DNA of 64,000 nucleotides from Eledone cirrhosa. Lineage: Eukaryota. Below the pieces are notes generated by a model. The model did not search any database, had not been told where the DNA came from, and saw only the letters and a list, made by a program, of their open reading frames with translations. The DNA lies in contig OZ024759.1 in the NCBI GenBank assembly GCA_964016885.1, forward strand, positions 17,608,001-17,672,000, in the 5' to 3' direction. A program made the translations under genes and the position numbers. Position 1 is the stretch's first letter. The number at the start of each line of letters is the position of its first letter. Of this stretch, positions 39,500-52,885 are shown in pieces.

Positions 39500-41692
39500 G
39501 GGGTGGCTAGACGGATAGACAGAGCGATTGAGCTAGAGCTAGATATCAAATGCTATTGACAGAGAAACCTTATTTCTGGTATGAATGAAAGCATTTTAGA
39601 AATACTTTTGTGTTCTATGAATTCTACTTTAAATTTTAGAACATTGTTTGACAGATGGCAGCGTTTGTGTGACAGCCGGACAAAAAGGCTGTACATTTAT
39701 ATTATAGATTAAGAAAATCCATGCACTATTTCTTTGACATCACTCCTCACATCTACATACATATGGACACACACACACTTACAAACACACATATACACAC
39801 ACACAGAATGCTGATAAATTTAAGACTTTTATTTCCTTTTTCTTTTTCCATTTGTCTTTCTCTTGCTTGTTTTTCTTTCTGAACAAATATCAGGTGTTAT
39901 ATATGAGAGGGAAGGAGAGGGTTTGAAATGTAAATAGAGAGAGAAATTGTGTGTGTGTGTGTGTGTATATATATATGTGTGTGGGTATATGTATATATAT
40001 ATGTGTGTATGGGTATATATATATATATGTGTGTGTGTGGGTATATATATATATGTGTGTGTTTGTGGGTATATATATATATATGTGTGTGTGTGTGGGT
40101 ATATATATATGTGTGTGTGTGGGTATATATATATGTGTGTGTGTGTGTGTATATATATATGTGTGTGTGTGGGTATATATATGTGTGTGTGTGTGTATAT
40201 ATATATGTGTGTGTGTGGGTATATATATATATATGTGTGTGTGTGTGTGGGTATATATATATGTGTGTGTGTGGGTATATATATATATATGTGTGGGGGG
40301 GGGTATATATGTGTGTGTGTGGTATGTATATATATGTGTGTATATATATATATATATAAATACACACACATATATACATACATACATACACACACACACA
40401 CAAAGTGAGAGAGATAGATAGATGCTACTAAATACTGGTTGTTTCCATTACACTCGCCCTTGAGGGAAAAGCAATGCAGAAAAAAAAGAAAAAATCCAAT
40501 AAAAAAAGGAAAAAAAGTAAAATAAAATAAAAATTAAAAAAAAGGCGCAAGTTTCACATTGAAGAAAAAAACTACATAAAAATAAAACTAAGTGCAGCTA
40601 CTAAGAAAAAAGGTGCAAGTTTGGTGCAAGCCCAGTGGCAACTGTACTGAACTTTGGTGTCTTCATGTATTAAAGATAGAAAACTTAGTTTTTCGACATC
40701 TAAGTCATAAGTTTTATGTTCACCTACTAAATGCAGGTATGGTTGTGTGGCTAAGTGGGTAGGGTGTTAGCTTCACAATTATAAGTTTGTGGGTTTGATT
40801 GATTCCTGTGAGGTTGTTTTGTTTCCTTGAGAAAGACGTTTTTTTCATGTTCTTCATTTGGCAAAATTATGTTGAATTGTATATACATATATCTTACATT
40901 TGAGAAAAAAAATTGATTTTACAATCTAAGAAGATGGACCTAAGTAGGGTATTTAGTTTGGATCTCTTGTATTTTAACCAACTTTTCCACTCTTTTATAG
41001 TTTGATTATATTGTTTTATCCAAGAAACCAATTCATAAAGAGTTTATTAGGTTCTAAGATTTAACCCCCATTTGCTGCCAAGCTTCCACTGGTTTTATGA
41101 TAGGACATTTATGTAAGAACATTTATGTTATGTTCCAAACACCAGATAACTATTGAGAAAGTTGGTTATATTATTAAATCCTTCCATATTTTTAATCTTA
41201 ATTATTATCAAGAATTATTTTAAAAGCATAGGCAGAGGAGACTGAGGTTAGCTGGACATGCTCACCGACATCCAGATTTGACACTGCAGAAAGGACATTC
41301 TTTAAAAAAACTATATTTTGAGAAAAATACATAGTATACAAAGGCAAAAGTAAATTCACACTAAGTGCCTATAGACAAACACAAACACACTGACAGGCAC
41401 TCCTAATTTTAAAGGTTCATTTATTCCAAGCAAACAAAGGGTTTTCATTGAGTGGTAATATTAAAATGCCTGAAAGTTCTTACTTTTTCCCTCCTTTTCC
41501 TCTCATTTATGGTATTTATAGTTCTTTCCAATGCTGCTTTCGTTTTACATATTTTTGACCAATTTATAATTAAGATAGATAAATAAATATTGTTGTTGTA
41601 TTTGAATTAACAAACACAATTTTCAAAATTATTTCAAAATTATAGGCAGTGTCTTTCATTAGAGGTATTTAAGTGGATGTGTTTAAGATATA

Positions 41693-42553
41693 CAGGGTGC
41701 GGACGATATTTGTTCGCAATTTTCAACTGCTAATTTTTTTACTTCCGTTGTCACTCTTGTCTTCATAAAAACAGTGACTATATTTCCATTATTTATTTTA
41801 AGAATAATTGATTATGAAGAGTTTTGAACCTCCAAATTTGTGGAAGAGACACAGAGTTCTTCTTGGAATCTGCGCCGGGAGGACAAATAAGACCAGAAGA
41901 TCAACTCCCAGAACAACAGGTGGCTCGCTGTCTCATCCAAAGACGTGCCCAGAGTCATGCAGATAAAGTTTCCAGCGACAACATTGGTCTTAGGTGTCGT
42001 CAGCAGTCAAGGTGGTGTCATGCCACCTCACTTCTTCCCTGAGGGCCTCAAGCTGAACACCGATGGCTACATCCACGTTCTGAGCGAGGTAGTAAAGCCC
42101 TGGATTGACCAGGTAGCTGCAGGTGGGCCGTACGTGTGGCAGCAAGACTCAACCCTGCCATACCAGCTGAAAGACCCAAGCCTGGCTGTCAGAGAACTTT
42201 GTTGACCACACTTCACCTGACATCTGGCCTCCCAGCTCGCCTGAGTGGAACCCCCTCGACTTCTTTGTGTGGGGCATAGTGGGGCGAGACACCAACAGAT
42301 CTAGCTGCAATACGAAAGACGATCTGAAGGCCAGGATCACAAGTGCCTTTAGGGGCCTAAGTCGGGGGACAGTGATGAAGGCCTGTAGCCGGTTCTGAGG
42401 CAGCCTTGAGGCCGTCATCAAAGCCAATGGCGGGTTTATTGAGTGAGATCGAAAGAACAAGTCATGAAGACAAACTGACCCAAGTTTGATAAATATATCT
42501 TAAAAAATAAAACTACTGTGTTATTTTTTCCTAGACAGTAATCTTGCGAACAA
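41693..42553 (+). pseudogene. DD37D (maT) Tc1/mariner transposon relic
   Basis: TA-cagggtg left end; DQKINSQNNRW, YVWQQDS, WPPSSPEWNPLDF motifs; stop at 42446; partial right TIR ttgcgaacaa. Confidence 0.88.
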
Positions 42554-43083
42554 GGTTCATAGGGTTTGGGAAGTGATGTCTCTGAGGCCAAAATATGCTT
42601 GTTCATAGTTGTTGTTGTTGTCATTATCGTTGTTGTTGTTGTCGTCGTCATTGTCGGCTGTTGACATTGTCGTTATCATTGTTGTTGTTGTTGTCATTGT
42701 TATTGTTGATGTTCTCATTGTTGCTGTTGTTGTTCTTGTTGCTGTTGTTCTTGTCGTTGTTGTTGTTGTCGTCGTGTTGTTGTCGTTGTTGTTGTTGTCG
42801 TCGTGTTGTTGTCGTTGTTGTTGTTGTCGTTGTTGTTGTTATGAGGACATTGCACCAGAGGGTGGTACCCAATGCATGACTATATTTTTCCTGAGTTCAG
42901 TTTTTTTCGTCGCTATGGTCTAAGCGGCCAGCCTATCGGTCGATGTATTTGATTTGCAAAGCTGTCTAAACGTAATGTTATAACTCTGGGGTAAAATTCT
43001 CCATTGAGTGCTTAGCTGCACACCGAAACTGCATTCGTTAGCTTGGCTGCAACCTAAAGCTTCGTTGATGCTGTACTAAAATT

Positions 43084-43122
<39 letters not shown>

Positions 43123-43124
<2 letters not shown>

Positions 43125-43265
43125 GGTAGCTGCCAACTCGTTTTCGAGTACGGCCACTACTTTATATCCATGTAGGAGAACCCCTACCGATGCGGTGAAC
43201 AAGTGTGACTTTTTAGTCCAGCCAACGACTTGAAAACTCTGGTACAAACACTACACTTGTGACAA
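43123..43265 (-). mobile_element. LINE (RTE-like) C-terminal zinc-finger remnant with 3' stem-loop
   Basis: CSVCTRVFKSLAGLKSH followed by a stop and the hairpin actcg-aaaa-cgagt. Confidence 0.5.
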
Positions 43266-44894
43266 TTATTGACACATAGTGCTGGGCCCATGGTACCATG
43301 TGATTACAAGTGCAGAGAGATCTCCAGATATAAAGCAATGCCTGTGCCGTGAAGCTTTTATAGTGAGCAAAGGCACTGCACAAAGCCTGTCCCACTCTCT
43401 TAACCAAGATGATATTTACCAAAAAGAAGAACAAGTCAACATCATTGGATACCATCAGGGTTGCAGGTGTTATATCAGAGTTTTCCTTCTCCTAGAATTC
43501 TGCCTTGACAAAGTCTAAGGGCTCATCTCTCCCGGTGATTTTGGATGGCCATTGACTCTTAAGAGCTCCTTTGCCCTTTGACAGCTTTTGTTTTTAGTCC
43601 TACAGGATGTCCAAAGTCACCCTCCTCACCAAGAAACCTTGGTGGGGTTGCCAGTTTAGTCGCCAACGACCTGACCATGAGCCATTCATACATACATACA
43701 TACATACATATATATACACATACATATATATACATATATACACACATACATATATATATTTATACACATACACACATGTAGGCTTCTGCAATTTCCATTT
43801 CCATGTACCAAATTTCGCAAGTTATAGTAGAAGACACTTGACTAAGGTGTCATGCAGTGGGACTGAACATGAAACCAAGTGGCTGTGAAACAAACCCTTT
43901 AACCTCACAGCCATGCCGGCACCTCTGGATAAAAACTTGACACTATTCCATGTATGAAAGGAACCTTAACGTCTTTTTACATGGATTATAAAAATTCTAC
44001 GGAAGCCATACCTTCTGTAACGGTATTAACTGTTGTTATCTTAGAGTAGTTTGGTTAAATATCTGGCACTATTCCATATAACAAAGAGAGCTCAAAGTTT
44101 TTCACGTAGCTTGCAGGATTTCTATGGCGAACCACGTGTTGTATTAAGACCATTTATTATTGTTAGGCTTTTAGTAATTTTGTTAAACTGCCTGGCACCT
44201 TTCCACGAACAAAGCAAGATTGGCGCACAAGATTTCCCAAACTCACAATGGAAAGCATGACTTGAAATAAAATTGTTGCTGGTGGTGGTGGTGGAGACGT
44301 TGATTTTGTTGTTGCTGGTGTCATCATTGTTTTAGTGCTTTTAATAAATACTTTTACCTCGTTTCAATGTAAAGGAATCTTGTGTTATGAAAATGGCTAC
44401 AAGACTGACAAAAGAAAAGCTATAGTTAGTAATGGGGTTTTCTCTTTTATTTTCTCCTTTCTTGTTAGTTGGTGCTGCTGTTGCTTTGCTATGTTTTTGT
44501 TGGTTTTGTAAAAAGACATAGTTTAGTTATGGCATTGGTATAGTTAATCACATGTTTGCCCACTTGGGGAGGCAGGAAATAAAGTTGCTCAAGATGGCCG
44601 CTCTAATGAAATCATTACTTCCTCTTTCAGTTGAGTCTAGTTAGATCCAGCTGCTTTGAGAAAACAGTTTAAAGATGACAATTACAGAGTATGTTATCAA
44701 ATGACACACACGCACACATCGACTCATACACAAGTTCACAAGTTCTTTTAGATACATAGGTATACTTGTGTCCATGTATATACAAACTGACATTAGCATA
44801 TGGTAGATTAAATGATTGATGTACTACAAAACCAGTGCTGCAGCATGTTCACCGTCAATATAATAGGATATATATTATGTATACATAGATTATA

Positions 44895-45079
<185 letters not shown>

Positions 45080-45402
45080 GTTATCTGCCAAAGACACTTC
45101 TGTACGAGCAAGACACGGTCTCCCAACCATTCCCGCATCAAATGGAACAAAACCGTCTAACCCATGCTAGCGTTGAAGCTGGATGTTAAACGATGATGTT
45201 GATGATGATTATCTATCTATCTATATGTTTGTGCCCTGGGTTCAATTGGGGGTAACCACAGTAATGTATTCAATACATTAGTAGAGTGTATACAAAAGAA
45301 TTTAATATAGGAATGTCTTCTACAGGACTAGAACTGTTTCATTCGAAGGAAACAATTTGAGTCCTGTAGAAGCGATTTCTATATTAAATTTTGTCACATA
45401 TA

Positions 45403-45511
<109 letters not shown>

Positions 45512-45583
45512 GCACGTGCACACGCACACGCACTCTCTCTCTTTCTCTCTTTCTCTCTCTCTCTCTCTGTCTCTCTCTCTGTC

Positions 45584-45622
<39 letters not shown>

Positions 45623-45879
45623 GTCTCTCTCTCTCTCTCTCTCATGTAAAGATGCATTTGTGAATGCAGATTTGCATAATTCAAGTCTAATTTTCTGATA
45701 AATAAAAATAATTAAAACCCTCGTGCATTTTAGCATGTTATATGCACAAAATGAATATTTAATAATATTTTTTCAAGAGGTATTAAAGCGAATTCACGTA
45801 ATTCAAATTTGCGTAAAATATTACTGTATTTATATATATATATATTTTATTAAGTGTAAATTCCTGTAGAAGCTATTTC

Positions 45880-45919
<40 letters not shown>

Positions 45920-46412
45920 GAGGTGGGTTTTATTGTAGCACAATAAAGCAATGCAAATATCGGATAAGTAGCACTCAACAGTTTATTGGACTGGAGTATA
46001 TATAAGAAGAAATTAAAAGATGGTTAGAAAAGTTCCATGTATTTTATTATGCGCATTTGAAAAACAAATATCATCCAGGGACGATATTTAGAAGAGGTAC
46101 ACCATATACCTGCACATCGTAAGATGTGACTAAAAGTGTTAGTGTCAGAAAATGCATTTGGCAGTAAAATATTGCCTCAAAAAGTTGTGTCCAGCCCATG
46201 CCAGAATTGAAAAGTTAATGTAATGATGATGCTGATATAATGTTAAACAATGAAAGAATAACATAAACAGGGTGAAGTAGTTAATCCATTGTTTCATGAT
46301 GGTTTCTCATGACAAAAATATAGATACTTAGACCAATTGATGGTAGTTATGGAACTTCAGACTATATATATATATATATATATGGAACGAGGAAAATGCA
46401 AAGTTGCAGAGT

Positions 46413-46665
46413 CCTGTCAAGGTTAACTTTGCCTTTCATCCTTATGGGGTCGATTAAATAAAGTACCAGTAATGTACTGGATAATTGCTGGCCTTGTGCC
46501 AAAAGTAGAAACAATTACTAGATATAATAATGATAATTATTTCTACTTTTGGGACAAGGCCAGCAATTGTCTGAGTGCATTACTGGTACTTTATTTTATC
46601 GACCCCGTAAGGATGAAAGGCAAAGTCAACCTCAGCGGGATTTGAACTCAGACCATAAAGGGCCG
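46413..46665. mobile_element. Two partial family C SINEs, tail-to-tail inverted
   Basis: Plus copy 46413-46515, minus copy 46538-46665. Confidence 0.8.
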
Positions 46666-46708
46666 TCTCTCACACACGTACGCACACACACACACACGCG
46701 CACAGAGA

Positions 46709-46785
46709 GAGAGTATCCCAAAGAAATATATACACTATTCAACAGCATTCTCATCTGCGTTTATACATTTTTGGGGGACACCCTG
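46709..46785. mobile_element. Mini-MITE copy 2
   Basis: Shares ttcaacagcattct core and ggacaccctgta end with 39377. Confidence 0.6.
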
Positions 46786-46798
46786 TATATATATATAT

Positions 46799-46835
<37 letters not shown>

Positions 46836-46837
46836 CA

Positions 46838-47292
46838 GTTACACCTCTCCAAGACAATGTCACTGGACCGAGATCTTTGGTCATACAGAAGACCCGCCTT
46901 GCCTAAATATAAAGCGAAATCTACAGTCAGTAGGCACCTCTAACAAAATACCCCCCCCCCCCGTCCCACTACCCGCACACAATTCACGCCACCCCCTTAA
47001 ATGTGAAGTTATGTTGGTACCACAACATCCAGTCCGAAACAAATGAGGTCGTGTAGGTGTCACGACAAAAAAAACACACAGTCCAGGCTGTAATGTGGCC
47101 ATGTAGGTAACACGGTAAAAACCTCCCAGTCCACACTGTAAACGTGGTTGGTGTTAGGAAGGGCATCCAGCCGTAGAAAACCCGCCAGACAGTCCTATAC
47201 GAGCTAGACAACCAATCTTGCCTCAAGTGGGAAAACTCCCGTCCAAACCCATGCAAGCTTGGAAGATGGACATTAAACGATGATGATGATGA
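46838..47292 (+). mobile_element. RTE family 1 3' end
   Basis: Matches 19428-19876. Confidence 0.85.
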
Positions 47293-47697
47293 TATAATCA
47301 TCATCATCATTTTGAGCACAACAAACAAACCGAGCATTATAATAAATGTTCGGTAAACCGATACGTGCATGTATATATGTGTGCATGTATGTATATATAT
47401 ACATACTACTGTACGCCTGTATACATATACGCATGTACGTGTACATACATACATACTTACATTTAAGTAAGTGCCGTACTAAGAGTGAGAAATGAAATTT
47501 CCTTTCATTCTATTCCAATATATATATATACATATGTATATATATATATATAATCATCATCATCATTTTGAGCACAACAAATATATGTATATGAATATAT
47601 GTATATATATATATATGTTATTCCGGGTTGAATCGGTGGTAACCACAGTAAGGTACTCAATACATAGCAGAGTATAAAAGTTTTAATATAGAAGAGC

Positions 47698-47743
<46 letters not shown>

Positions 47744-47747
<4 letters not shown>

Positions 47748-47931
47748 GTTTCTACTTTAGGCACAAGGCCAGCAATTACCCAGTGCATTACTGGTACTTT
47801 ATTTTATCGACCCCGTAAGGATGAAAGGCAAAGTCAACCCCGGCGGGATTTGAACTCAGATTGTAAAGGGACGTAACTATGCTGTAAAGCATGGCGTCCG
47901 ACCCTCTACCGATACTGCCAATCCACCGCCC
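47744..47931 (-). mobile_element. Family C SINE
   Basis: Near-identical to 28672-28860. Confidence 0.85.
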
Positions 47932-47935
47932 TCTA

Positions 47936-48355
47936 ATAATATATTAACAAATGGAAACTATATTTATAAAACTATATTTATTTCATTAAACATATTTCAA
48001 GGACACCAAAGCAAATTATGGTGCCCTTTCATTAGATAAAATATAATATAGATCAGTTTTATAAACAAATATTGACATACCCTTAAAGAATGCGACCATG
48101 TCGGTTGGAAGCTCCCAGATATGGTCGCATTCTTTAAGGGTATGTCAATATTTGTTTATAAAACTGATCTATATATTTTATCTGATGAAAGCGCACCATA
48201 ATTTGCTTTGGTGTCCTTGAAATATGTATAATGAAATAAATAAAATTTCCATTTGTTAATATATTGTATTTTTACTCCAAAAATTTGTTGAATGCTTTAT
48301 ATCAGTTATAAAAATATTTGCTTGTTGTATCCCAACAAATTAAATATAACTTTTA
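47936..48355. mobile_element. Fold-back element with a hammerhead motif in each arm (Penelope-like inferred)
   Basis: Arms 47936-48099 and 48121-48265; tail ending at (TA)n is shared with 52965-53050 and 11853-11950. Confidence 0.7.
48174..48238 (+). ncRNA. Type I hammerhead ribozyme motif
   Basis: TATTTTAT-CTGATGA-aagcgcacca...tggtgtcctt-GAAA-TATGTA-TA-ATGAAATA. Confidence 0.7.
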
Positions 48356-48640
48356 CACATATATATATATATATATATATATAAATGAGAGGTATAGAGA
48401 TTGTTTTAGCAAGAAGCTAACAGCATTCTATAACATATATGCGACTATAACGTCAAGATGGGAAAAGTAGTTAACGAAAGATTTAGGAAAAATAACTCAA
48501 ACTCATTTCAAAAGAGTATCAGGATATAAATTCATCCACAGAATTTAGTAAAATCCAGGGAAAAATCTATAGACCTTTAACTCATGATAAAATACAGTTT
48601 GAAACACTTATCCTTCAATTTGGAATAACATACATGGAGG

Positions 48641-48704
<64 letters not shown>

Positions 48705-49313
48705 CCTACATGTTCAATATCAGGGTGACTGCTTATATACATTGTTGATTGGTTCAGTGATAATCCATCTTTCAGGTACGTGTCTTTGTGATCTTTTACC
48801 ATATCAATTGTGATGCCAATATCTTGTCATGCCACTTCACCATTGCTGTACATGTGCAAACATTATATATATATAAGTGTGTGTGTGTGTGTATATATAT
48901 ATACATATATATATACATATATATGAATGTAGGTATGTATGTGTGTATGTGTATATATATGGGTGTGTGTGCATATGTATGTTTGTGTGTGTATATATAT
49001 ATGTGTGTATATATATATATATGTATGTGTGTGTATATATGTGTGTGTGTGTATATATGTATGTGTTTATATATATATGGGTGTGTGTATATGTGTGTCT
49101 GTGTGCATGTATATATATATATGTGTATGTGTGTGTATGTGTGTGCATATATGTGTGTGTGTATATGTGTGTGTGTATATATATATGGGTGTGTGTATAT
49201 GTGTGTCTGTGTGCATGTATATATATATATGTGTATGTGTGTGTATATGTGTATGTATATATGTGTGTGTGTATATATGTGTGTGTGTATATATATATGT
49301 GTGTATATATACA

Positions 49314-49350
<37 letters not shown>

Positions 49351-49453
49351 TTGTATGTATTTGTAAATACATGCATATATATTGTATGTATGTAAATGCA
49401 CATGAGTATGCAGGTATATGCTCATAGGTGGTTATATATATGTATATATATAG

Positions 49454-49507
<54 letters not shown>

Positions 49508-49571
49508 ACTATCCATGGTTATTAACTTTTTATTTATAAAAATAATGACAATGGAAAAAGTTTGTATTTTT

Positions 49572-49975
49572 GTTGGTGGTTGGTAGTGGTGTTTGTGGAG
49601 GCGGCAGTGTTGGTGGTTGGTAGTGGTGTTTGTGGAGGTGGCAGTGTTGGTGGCAGTGTTGGTGGTTGGTAGTGGTGTTTGTGGAGGTGGCAGTGTTGGT
49701 GGTTGGTAGTGGTGTTTGTGGAGGTGGCAGTGTTGGTGGTTGGTAGTGGTGTTTGTGGAGGTGGCAGTGTTGGTGGCAGTGTTGGTGGTTGGTAGTGGTG
49801 TTTGTGGAGGTGGCAGTGTTGGTGGTTGGTAGTGGTGTTTGTGGAGTTGGCAGTGTTGGTGGTTGGTAGTGGTGTTTGTGGAGGTGGCAGTGTTGGTGGT
49901 TGGTAGTGGTGTTTGTGGAGGTGGCAGTGTTGGTGGTTGGTAGTGGTGTTTGTGGAGGTGGCAGTGTTGGTGGTT
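49572..49975. repeat. 37-bp tandem repeat
   Basis: gtggaggtggcagtgttggtggttggtagtggtgttt, about 10 copies. Confidence 0.9.
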
Positions 49976-50009
49976 CTTGCACATATTGCTTAATCTTTTA
50001 TTTTCTTTT

Positions 50010-50365
50010 GGTCTTTTGACTGTGGCCATGCTGGGGCACTGCCTTTATTTAGTTAATCATATGAATCCCAGTATTTATTTTTTCAAGTCAGGTGCTTATT
50101 TTATCAATCTCTTTTTGTTGGACTGCTAAGTTATGGTACATATTGTCAGACACAAACATAAATACACATGCACACACATATATATACACATATATAAATA
50201 CAAACAGCAGTTGCAGTTTCTGTCTCCCAAATTTCAGCTCAAAAGGCATTTCTGAACCTGTGCCTACAGTAGTAATAGTAAACATTTGCTCAAGTTGTAA
50301 CAATGTGAGCCTGCACCCAGAACCACATGGTTGTGAAGTCAGGTCTTGAGCCTCATAGTCACAAC
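50010..50365 (-). mobile_element. Degenerate long SINE (further family)
   Basis: tttgactgtggccatgctggggcactgcc...ctgctaagtta...gaaccacatggttg; related fragments at 22770-22805 and 43775-43920. Confidence 0.55.
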
Positions 50366-50391
50366 TCCTCTCTCCTCTTTGTATGTATATA

Positions 50392-50745
50392 TCATCATCA
50401 TCATCGTTTAACGTCCATCTTCCACGCTTGCATGGGTTTGGACAGGAGTTTTCCCACTTGAGGCAAGATTGGTTGTCCTGCTCGTATAGGACTATCTGGC
50501 AGGTTTTCTACGGCTGGATGCCCTTCCTAACACCAACCACATTTACAGTGTGGACTGGGAGGTTTTTACCTACGCGGCCACATTACAGCGTGGACTGTGT
50601 GTTTTTTTGTCGTGACACCTACACAACCTCATTTGTTTCGGACTGGATGTTGTGGTACCAACATAACTTCACATTTAAGGGGGTAGTGTGGATGGGGTGG
50701 GGGTAGTGGGACGGTGGTGTATTTTGTTAGAGGTGCCTACTGACT
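50392..50745 (-). mobile_element. RTE family 1 3' UTR
   Basis: Reverse complement of 46925-47292. Confidence 0.85.
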
Positions 50746-51427
50746 ATATATATATATACACACACTAATACATACATACTGTGTTGTTTTTAAAAACAAC
50801 ACAGTACCTCTGAAATATATATAATAAAGTATATATTTTGATTATGAGAATATTTTTCATTTGTTAATATTTTGAATAATATTAAAAACTCCAGCAAAAA
50901 TTTTTTTTTAATTGTTGAGTGCTTCTAATTTATTCTAAAATTGTATTCATTGAGTATTCAACGGACCATGTTAATCTTTGGTTATATATATATATATATA
51001 CATCAATTTATTATTAGCTCAGATTAAAAGATTAAGCAAACAGTTTGCGCTATCACCCTAATGTGTGATCTTCATAAGTTACTGCATAAGGGTGAAAGCA
51101 GAAATTGTTTGCTTAAATTAATGTGTGCTTAATAACATTTTCTGCATTGGTTTGAATACACTATTATATTTTGTGCATTTATCCTTGTCGAAAGACACCT
51201 GCAAATTTTCCTGTCTATTCTTTGTTGTGATATTGTCTTACAGGCATCTTACCAACAGAGTAATTCTCTAATCTGTTGCAGAAACTGGCATTACATAAGC
51301 ATTACCACTTTATTGTGCTAAATTGCACACCAGTAGCAGTTTTCTATTCATTTTAAGGAACTGCTTTTCTGAATGCATTTTCTGCAGTACTATACCTATA
51401 TCTATCTATTTCTCTCTCTCTCTGCAT

Positions 51428-51462
<35 letters not shown>

Positions 51463-51562
51463 GATAGGTAAATATACACGGGTGTGTATGATTGTGTATA
51501 GAAGATTATATTAATAAGAGGAATTCCAACTATGTCTGATTTACTCATTTTATTTACAATCC

Positions 51563-51625
<63 letters not shown>

Positions 51626-52060
51626 CTTTTAATGTTTTACCACATTAAGGTAGTATTTATAATCTCATTAGAATTTAAGGTATTGTAGATGTCCTCTGAA
51701 ACGACTGTCAAACAACTACTATCATCACCACCACCACCATCATCACCATCATCATCACTGTTTAACGTCCATTTTTCCACGCTAGCTTTGGTTAGACAAG
51801 TTGTCTAGATGTGAGCCAAACCAGAGCAGATGACCATCTCCAGCTCACACTGGACCAATTTTGGCCCAGTTTCTGCAGCTGGATGCCCTTCCTAACACCA
51901 ACCGCACTTACAGTGTGCGCACACACACACACACACACATTATATATATACTATATATATATACTATATATATATATATATATATAATTAAATTGCTCTG
52001 TACTATACATAGAGCACTCTTCTTTCCTTTACCTTTTCCACGGAAATACACTAAACATAC

Positions 52061-52093
<33 letters not shown>

Positions 52094-52621
52094 TATATGT
52101 TTCTTTTATTTGCCACTAGGGCATCAAAAGTGGGACAAGTACAAAGGGGGGAGTTTACACAAAAAGGCGTCCTCAATAAGGAGGAGGCAATAAGGGATGA
52201 ACACTGATATATAGTTGTGTGTTCAAATCACAAGGAACATAGACCGCCAGGGTAAAGAAAATATTGACTAGAATAGTATGGTTCACAGAATCCAATGCTA
52301 GTGAAATGAATATTGATGTAGGTACCTGTTGAGAAACACCACCATGGGAGGTTCTTTTTTCTCAATTTACCCTTTTGATTGGGTTCTGTGAACCATACTA
52401 TTTCAATCAATATTTTCTGTACCCTTGTGATTTGAACACATATAGCTATATATCTCTGTTTGTCTCTCCTTACAGTATTATAAGGGTCGGAAAAAATTTT
52501 CTCCTTGAGCTATCTTAATTATTGGGGACTATTGTGAGTTTTTAACTCAATATATACTTTTGATATATATATATATATATATATGAAAAAGAACACAAGA
52601 GCGTCTACAACATCAAAAGAG

Positions 52622-52683
52622 TTTTATTGGCTAACAATGTTTCTTCCTTACGTGTAACCATAGGATTCATCAGAGCTATAAAA
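52622..52683 (-). ncRNA. Type I hammerhead ribozyme motif (second family)
   Basis: Minus strand: ttttatagct-CTGATGA-atcctatg...cgtaaggaa-GAAA-CATTG-TT-agccaataaaa. Confidence 0.6.
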
Positions 52684-52819
52684 GGGGTTTGATTGGTGTT
52701 ATGGACTCTACCAACCAAACACCCAAGAACAAAGGGTAGAGAGAGTAAAGAGCAAAAGTAGGGGACGATATATATATACGATATTAAACAAATGGAAACT
52801 ATATTTATAAAACCACATT

Positions 52820-52885
52820 TATTTCATTATACATATTTCGGGGATACCATATTAAAAATATGGCATGCCTTCTTCAGATAAAATA
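52820..52885 (-). ncRNA. Type I hammerhead ribozyme motif
   Basis: Minus strand: TATTTTAT-CTGAAGA-aggcatgccatatt...aatatggtatcccc-GAAA-TATGTA-TA-ATGAAATA. Confidence 0.7.

Noticed and set aside
43190-43262. Host C2H2 zinc-finger gene
   Set aside because: Single finger with no TGEKP linker, an upstream in-frame stop and a LINE-like tail.
44140-44615. E-box, CCAAT-like and YY1-like (caagatggccgc) motifs suggesting a promoter
   Set aside because: Short motifs are expected by chance, and there is no associated gene.
48724-48775. Possible small exon (cag...ttcag/gtacgt)
   Set aside because: Weak acceptor and no recognisable peptide; unsupported without RNA-seq.
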